A DNA stretch of 64,000 bases from Gracilinanus agilis (taxonomy: Eukaryota). Of the stretch, positions 57,704 to 64,000 are shown in pieces. Both the position numbers and the translations under genes were made by a program. Within the stretch, counting starts at the first letter, position 1; each line of letters begins with the position of its first letter. The stretch lies in the NCBI RefSeq assembly GCF_016433145.1, contig NC_058131.1, positions 402,493,933 to 402,557,932 of the forward strand. Reading direction: 5' to 3'. The notes under the pieces are model-generated. The model was not told the DNA's origin and ran no database searches. It saw only the letters and a program-made list of their open reading frames with translations.

Positions 57704-60700
57704 TTAGTTGACATATTTGAGATGCATGTTTCCAATATGAGGTGCCCACGTGCCAGGCCAAATCTGAAAAGGGGGAAAAAATTATAACTTCCAATTAGGA
57801 ATGTCACACATTTACAAAACAAAACACAAATTTAATGGCAATTAATTCCATCAAGAAAAAAATATGGCATTAAAACATTGTAGTAGTAGATTGATACTGA
57901 AAAATAAAACCTAGAATTACAAGTAGTAAAGATGATATAATTTTTGGTTCTGAAGATTTATATTTACAGAAAAGGAACATGAAAAAAAATCTGAAAAGGG
58001 GAGAAAAAGAGTTAAATTTCTTTTACCTGTTGAGCATCAGTACAGTCTGTTGAGTTTTGGACAACTTTTATCATAGGATTCCAAGCAGGATCTGGGTTAT
58101 GAAGTCCATTAAACAGAGGGCCTCCTGGACCATCAGCCAGCTGAGGATGTGAGGGTATTATGGTGCCTCCATACATGGAAATTGGCAGACCCTATGCAGC
58201 AGAAAGCAAATGTTTATAATCATGAAATAATTACAAAAGATTCCATGTTATCAGATTATGCTTCTGAAACACTTTTCACACAAAGAATACAATAGTCTAA
58301 TGATTCTACATGTGGTAGAAACAACTGCTATTTGTATCAAATAACATGCATAAATAGTACTCTTGTAAAGAGAAAAGAGAAACTGCTCTATTGCCAGTCA
58401 AAATAAACTCATTGTACATAATAAAGAATATGTCTCTCAAGATTGAGAAAAAAGACTGAAAATTTGAAAGAGCTATTTCAATTTGAGGCAATTATTATTA
58501 GAATCAGAATTACAAAGGACCTTCAATATCATCTAGACCAACCTCATTTACAGATGAAGGAAAATTGTGCAAAAAAGAGGCTTTAAAGTGATTTAGCCAA
58601 GTTCAATCAGCAGTCAGAATTTGAACCCATGTACTCTGGTTTCAAGAACTGTGTTTTTACAGAAAGACAGACAGACAGAGAGAGAGAGAGAGAGAGAGAA
58701 AGAAAAGCAAGAACTATGTTCTTAATCAGAGAGAGAGAGAAAAGCAACTAAGAACTATGTTCTTAATCATTATCATAATCCTTGAGGACATACTAGTCTA
58801 CAGAATAAGTTACTGCTGGTAACACAGTCAAATAGCACTTATTTAAAAACTCCTGGTATGTGAAAGACAAAAATGAAGCAAAATGACTGGCAAAGATTTT
58901 AGTTCATGCAGACTCCAAGGAAAGGAATGCTTAATCTCAAAAAACAAACTAAGACTGCCCCTAAACTTGTTAGGATTTTCAAATATGTCCATATGGACAA
59001 TTTAATATTCAGGAAATTTTACATCCTTACTTTAGAAAAATCAACAAAACTGCTTGCCATAGGCTGATGGAAAATGTTAGAGGGAGCCACCATTCCCGAA
59101 TCATCTCTTTCCAATGGCTGGTGCTGAGAGAAAGTGCCTGGATCTGAGAGCTGCTGATGTAGTGGGTGATTCCCCATCATAGGCTGTGACCAACCAGAAA
59201 GACCTTCTGGAAAGAATTAGAAACAGGCTATAGGTTACTTAATTTAATCAGACTTTCTTGGAAAAAAGAACTCCTAGTCCATGTCAGTAGTTCCACAAGT
59301 CTGCTAAATGAGGAAACTCTCTGAATAACATTTCATATTAACTGCTATGAAGTCTCTGACATTAATTGCTCTTCTTAAGGGTTACCAAGGGTTGCTACTC
59401 TCTGTGTTAGAATAATTCAAGGGGAAAAAAAATGTTTTTTTAAACCTTTACCTTCTGTCTCAGAAGCAATACTAGTATTAGTTCCAAGGCAGAAGAGCAG
59501 TTTAGGACTAAGCAATTGTGGTTAAGTCACTTTCCCAGGATCACACAGCAAGGAAGTATCTGAAACCATATCTGAACTCAGGTCCCTCCTGACTCTAGCC
59601 CTGAGGAAATATTCTTTTAATCATTTCTAGTTACTGTGCTTTGTGCTTGCAATACTCACCATAAGTAATACTTTAGATTTTAGGTATATTTAAGGTATGA
59701 TCTTAATAGATATGGAACACCATCAGTCAGAGGGGCTCTGTCACCATAAGTTTTCTGCTTACTTAACAAGTGCTACTTGAACTCTTCCCTTTACAGAAGA
59801 CAGAGCAATCTTACCTGACACACTATTGACTCCAAATGACCAGATACCACTATGTCCAACAGGTGCTGTGAAGTTAGTCCCCAGAGGTGTTGGTGTAACA
59901 GAACCTCCCTGTCGAATCCGAGCAAGTCTCTCAGTTCCAATGGGGGGAGGTACTTTTCTATCTTGACTGGGGTTACCTCCTTTTGGCTGGCCCAATGTTG
60001 GCGGTGCAGAAGTAGCTGAAAGGGGTGAAGATGATCCCGAGGAAACAGATGGAATAGGAGAGTCACCTGGTGGCAAAATATTTCTCTATTGTTTTATTAC
60101 ATATAGAAACTAGTTATGGTAAATATCTGAGAAACTTTGGTGAAGAGTTCTTCCACTGAAGGCCTACTCTGATATCTCAGAGATATGAAACTGGGTTTTT
60201 GAAGGCTTTTATCCTAAAGGAACTCAAATTTTGCCAAGCTGTAAATTTTGAGAATTGTTTTCTATGATAGTTTAAGTATGTTAAATATGGAGAAAGGGGC
60301 ATCATCAAAAAGGTTATCAATACTCTTTGGCCAAAACAATGTATAAAGCTAAAGGATTTGAGCTTTGTGAAGGGAGAACACATTGATGAAACTGAGGCTT
60401 TTTTTAAGTCTAGAAAGTAAAAAATTAAGTTTTCAAAAGCAAAATTCTGTAAATGGTTTTAGATTACATATAATTTTGAATGAAGCTCAAAGGATATTGA
60501 AAATAATGTTTTAAAACTTTCTTAGGCTGATCACATGAAGGCAGAAAAGAAAGGTACTATATGTTTACTACTACTTTTAGAGTAAAAAAACTCATCCTTT
60601 CTCTAGATTATCAGAATGGAAAATGATTACATTTAAAAATAAGGATATATTAGAAAACTATTACAGGTTTTAACCGACTGCCTGGTTACTAAACAAGATG

Positions 60701-61631
60701 GTAATTTTCTTGGAGTTCAGCTTTTACACTATCAAAAATGGTATTAATCATCAATTGCCTTATGATTCATAATATTTGTGGGGATTTAATCATAACAGTC
60801 TTTAGCACTGAGTAAGAAAAAAGAATACAACTTATACATTTTCTTAAATGTAAAAACAAATAGTGCAGCATCACAATTTCTAGCTTCTGGTCAAATCCAA
60901 TAAATAGTTTTGCAATTCAAAGGATCCTTTGTAAAGTTATCTCTGATTTCTGTTCTACTCAGCATGAAGTCAATAAAAACATTTCAAGATTTGAGTACTG
61001 ATGTGAGCATTTTCTTTTTCTTGCTTTTTTTTTTTTTTTTTTTTTTAAAGATTCTATCTCACTCAGACTACAAATACGATATCTCCTTTTCGGCCCAATC
61101 TCACTCTGGGAGCCTTTAACTTGCTCCATTTCTGATTTAGCACAGTTTGTTCCTTCTTGGTAGCTCAGGTCGCTCCATTCAAGGAGGCTCACCATATTTA
61201 ATTGCCAAAATCAGTGCATCATAGAACTCCTGAAGAAATGAGATCCACCAGTCATGGCCTTACAGTTAGTTTGACCATTTCTTTTGCTGCTTATTGTAGT
61301 AATAAAAGACCACAATGACTACAGATTATCAAGTGTTGTAATATAACTGGATGCTGGTGAGCTGCATTGGTTTCCTAAATCTAAAAAAAACCTCTCTGAA
61401 ACAGTCAATAACTTAATTAAGAAACTTTCATAATAATTTCCCCAAGATTCCTACATGAATTTGAAGCACTTGTCCAAGGATGGGGTGAAAAATGTTGTCT
61501 GTTAAAACTGGGAGTCCCAACAGGTGCTGGACCTTGTAGAAAAACCCGTGTTCCTTGTATGTTGGAAAAACTTGTCAGAGGAGCTGAAGAAGAAGATGGG
61601 GAGTTGCCAGATGGATCAATGGATGGTAACC
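57704..61631 (-). CDS. ANKHD1: Ankyrin repeat and KH domain-containing protein 1 (MASK1), last five coding exons; the 5' part is outside the window
   Basis: Exons 61631-61455, 60066-59815, 59206-59031, 58191-58027, 57763-57704 read GLPSIDPSG...RQHFSPHPWTSASNS|CDSPIPSVSSG...PPPIGTERLARIRQ...|EGLSGWSQ...DFSK|GLPISMYGG...CTDAQQ|IWPGTWAPHIGNMHLKYVN*. Adjacency to EIF4EBP3 favours ANKHD1 over its paralogue ANKRD17. Confidence 0.95.
59435..59605 (-). mobile_element. Opossum-type SINE
   Basis: Reverse-complement consensus. Confidence 0.75.
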
Positions 61632-62079
61632 CTGAAATAAAGCATGGCCAAGACATGCATTTAGTTGAGATTTTCAAACCTGAACCCTTAGTTTTCTTTC
61701 AGGAAAGGAAGAAACAAGAGAATTACTGCTCTTTATCCAAAGATTTATGAACAAAGAAAGTAATGTGGAAGGCCAAGAGCTTCCTTGGAGTGGCTAAAAA
61801 GCCTCTGATCCAAAAAATACTTATTAAAAATCCACTATATACAGATCTCTTTGCATCCAAAGGGTCAACAATGGCTGCATATAAAAAAAAGGAAAAAATG
61901 CATACTTTACACCAAATACTGGTTATAGCAAGTTAGTAGCCCAAGATGAAACATATTTTTAAACACATCTAAGAATGATTATTTAAGAAGGGGATAATCA
62001 TGTATATTAACTTCATAATTTCCATTGAAAGGAAAAGTAGAGTGGAGGCCATAAAATAGTATAATAGAAAGTTTGTTGC

Positions 62080-62460
62080 TGGGTTGGCTAGGTGGCTCAG
62101 TAGACGGGAGTGCCAGGCCTAGAATTGGGAGGTCCTGAGCTCAAATTTGTCTACAGGCACTTCCTAGCTGGGTGACCCTGGGCAAGTTACTTAACCTCAA
62201 CTGCCTAGCTCTTTTATTGCTCTTCTGCCTTGGGACTAAAACTTAGCATTGATTCTAAGACAGAAGGAAAGGGTTTAAAAAAAAAAAAAAAAAAGATCAT
62301 TGGCTCTGGTGTCAGGACGTAGGTTCAAATCTGGCCTCTGAGGTTTACTATCTGTGTGACCCATGGGCAAGTCACTCCATCAGCTTGGGCCTCAGTTTCC
62401 TCAACTGGAAAAAGAAGTTTGGCTTCTAGAGGGTCTTTGACATCTCTTTCAACTCTAGAT
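62080..62460 (+). mobile_element. Opossum-type SINE followed by a MIR/CORE-SINE
   Basis: SINE at about 62080-62294 with a poly-A tail, then CORE motifs GGGCAAGTCACT and CCTCAGTTTCCTCA. Confidence 0.75.
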
Positions 62461-64000
62461 CTACAATGTCATAAGCCTTAGGCCAATGTGCAGAAGAATT
62501 TGTGACTAGACAGCATCCATATCAGTATCTGATAGAACTTCTTTTATGTTTTGTAGAAAATGTTTATAGAGTTCTTTAGCTCCACACAAAAGAAACCTGT
62601 CCTTTGAGAAATGGTTACTCAAGATTATCAGTGTCTCTGAAGAACTCAAGAATGAGAAAAGGTACCATTTAAACCAAACAGAAAAAGAATAGATTAGTTG
62701 TGACAGTACAAGGAGCAGTTGTTCCAAAGTGTCTTAGGGTGAATTTTGTTTTTTTAAAATATTTCATTACCTATTGTGGGAGAACTATTAGGTAGTGGGT
62801 AAAAAGCCTTGAAAAAAGAAATTGCTATCTATTCAAGAAAAGGTAGCTTCTGCCAAACCTGTAAATTACCGAAAATTCCTCCAAATGGGCCTTAGTTTTC
62901 TAACCATACATCATTCTCTTTATATTCCTAAAAACTGCTTTTAAAATAAAAGCAAGTGATTTCCTAAACTGCAATTCTTAGAAGAACAGCATCCACAAAT
63001 GAATATACGAGGCAGCTGCTGGCTTCACTTCTCATCACTGAAAAGCTAACATTTTAAATGCATATTCACATCTCCATAATATTTTAAAGTTTATGGAGCA
63101 CTTTTCTAATAACAATGTGTGGAAAAAGGTAGTGCAAGTATTATTTTCATTTTTGCAAATAAGAAAATTCAGACATAGAATGAATGTGATATACCTATGG
63201 TCATAAGATGCTAGTGTTAGAGCCAGGATATCAAATCATATTGTTTTTACTCCAAGTCCAGTGGTATTTGTATTAAATTGTACTGATGCTATTAAATTAA
63301 CTATACCACTGGCAATGGACCTTTAATATACCCTGTTTCTGCTCCTATGGCCTTTTAAGTTATTCCAAAATCCCTTACCAATTTTGCCAAAGTGGAACTG
63401 AACCAGTTTTACCTCTATATGATAAAGGAGGCAGAAAACCAGTGACATCTTCTGGGCCTTAAAAAAAAATTATGTATATTTTGGATTCAATGGTACTGTA
63501 TACATTCTATATGATAGAAAGCAATTCCAAATTTTAAAAGTACAGTACATTTAATACCATACCAACTGATTCACTTGAGAAAACTGATCAGCCACTCACT
63601 ATATATAGATATGAAGCTTTAAACTGTTACGATTAAAAATGATGAGGGCCAAGATTAGAAGGGAGAATAGTATTTTAATAAAAGCCATGCTGATAGAGAT
63701 AAACTGACCACGCGCCTATAAGAAACCTATTCCAACCTCACCTTTTACCTTTCCTCTCCCCGTACGCTTAGGTAGCTAAAGAGGAAGTTCAAAATCACTT
63801 CCCCCTATTTTAAAACAGTCCCTCACCTTCAATACGTAATCCAAAACAGGAAACCTATTGGGGATCACGGGAAATGTAGTTCCAAGTATCCCAAGTGATT
63901 TTTAAATGACACAAAACAATATATTAGAAATTTAGCAAATCAGTAAAGAGGTAGCATAGTTTATAGTTTAAACACCATTGTTATAGCATTCAATTGATTT

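Noticed and set aside
58678-58770. Duplicated AAGAACTATGTTCTTAATCA resembling a steroid response element
   Set aside because: Half-site spacing is wrong for AGAACAnnnTGTTCT; explained by slippage beside a (GA)n microsatellite.
63639-63708. Box C (ATGATGA) and box D (CTGA) spaced like a C/D snoRNA
   Set aside because: Antisense to the host gene ANKHD1 and no terminal stem.
1-64000. CRISPR arrays, rRNA or bona fide tRNA genes
   Set aside because: Eukaryotic DNA; the tRNA-like A/B boxes all belong to SINE heads, and no regularly spaced repeat-spacer arrays were seen.

Overview
Mammalian genomic DNA, most likely a didelphid marsupial (opossum-type tRNA-derived SINEs, marsupial L1, Charlie-type hAT MITEs; species is inferred). 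The window is syntenic with human 5q31.3, in reverse order: CD14(+), SLC35A4(-) with its three-exon 103-aa uORF microprotein, APBB3(+), SRA1(+), EIF4EBP3(-) and the last five coding exons of ANKHD1(-). I rebuilt the exons by hand from GT-AG sites and frame continuity. Bases 1-8552 are a degraded beta-like (tRNA-Lys PBS) ERV provirus. The main new observation lies between CD14 and SLC35A4: an 18-exon, 574-codon gene (12317-20182, +) that the ORF track misses because its exons are tiny. It encodes a kinesin-motor-like domain with degenerate P-loop, switch I and switch II, followed by coiled coils (a candidate pseudo-kinesin), and it has a single in-frame TGA in exon 4. Also notable: the overlapping MASK-BP3 frame of EIF4EBP3 is closed here, APBB3 has a 6-nt microexon and an acceptor with no pyrimidine tract, and a SINE-L1 chimera sits inside one target-site duplication. 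Human/mouse comparisons are from memory and were not run as searches.
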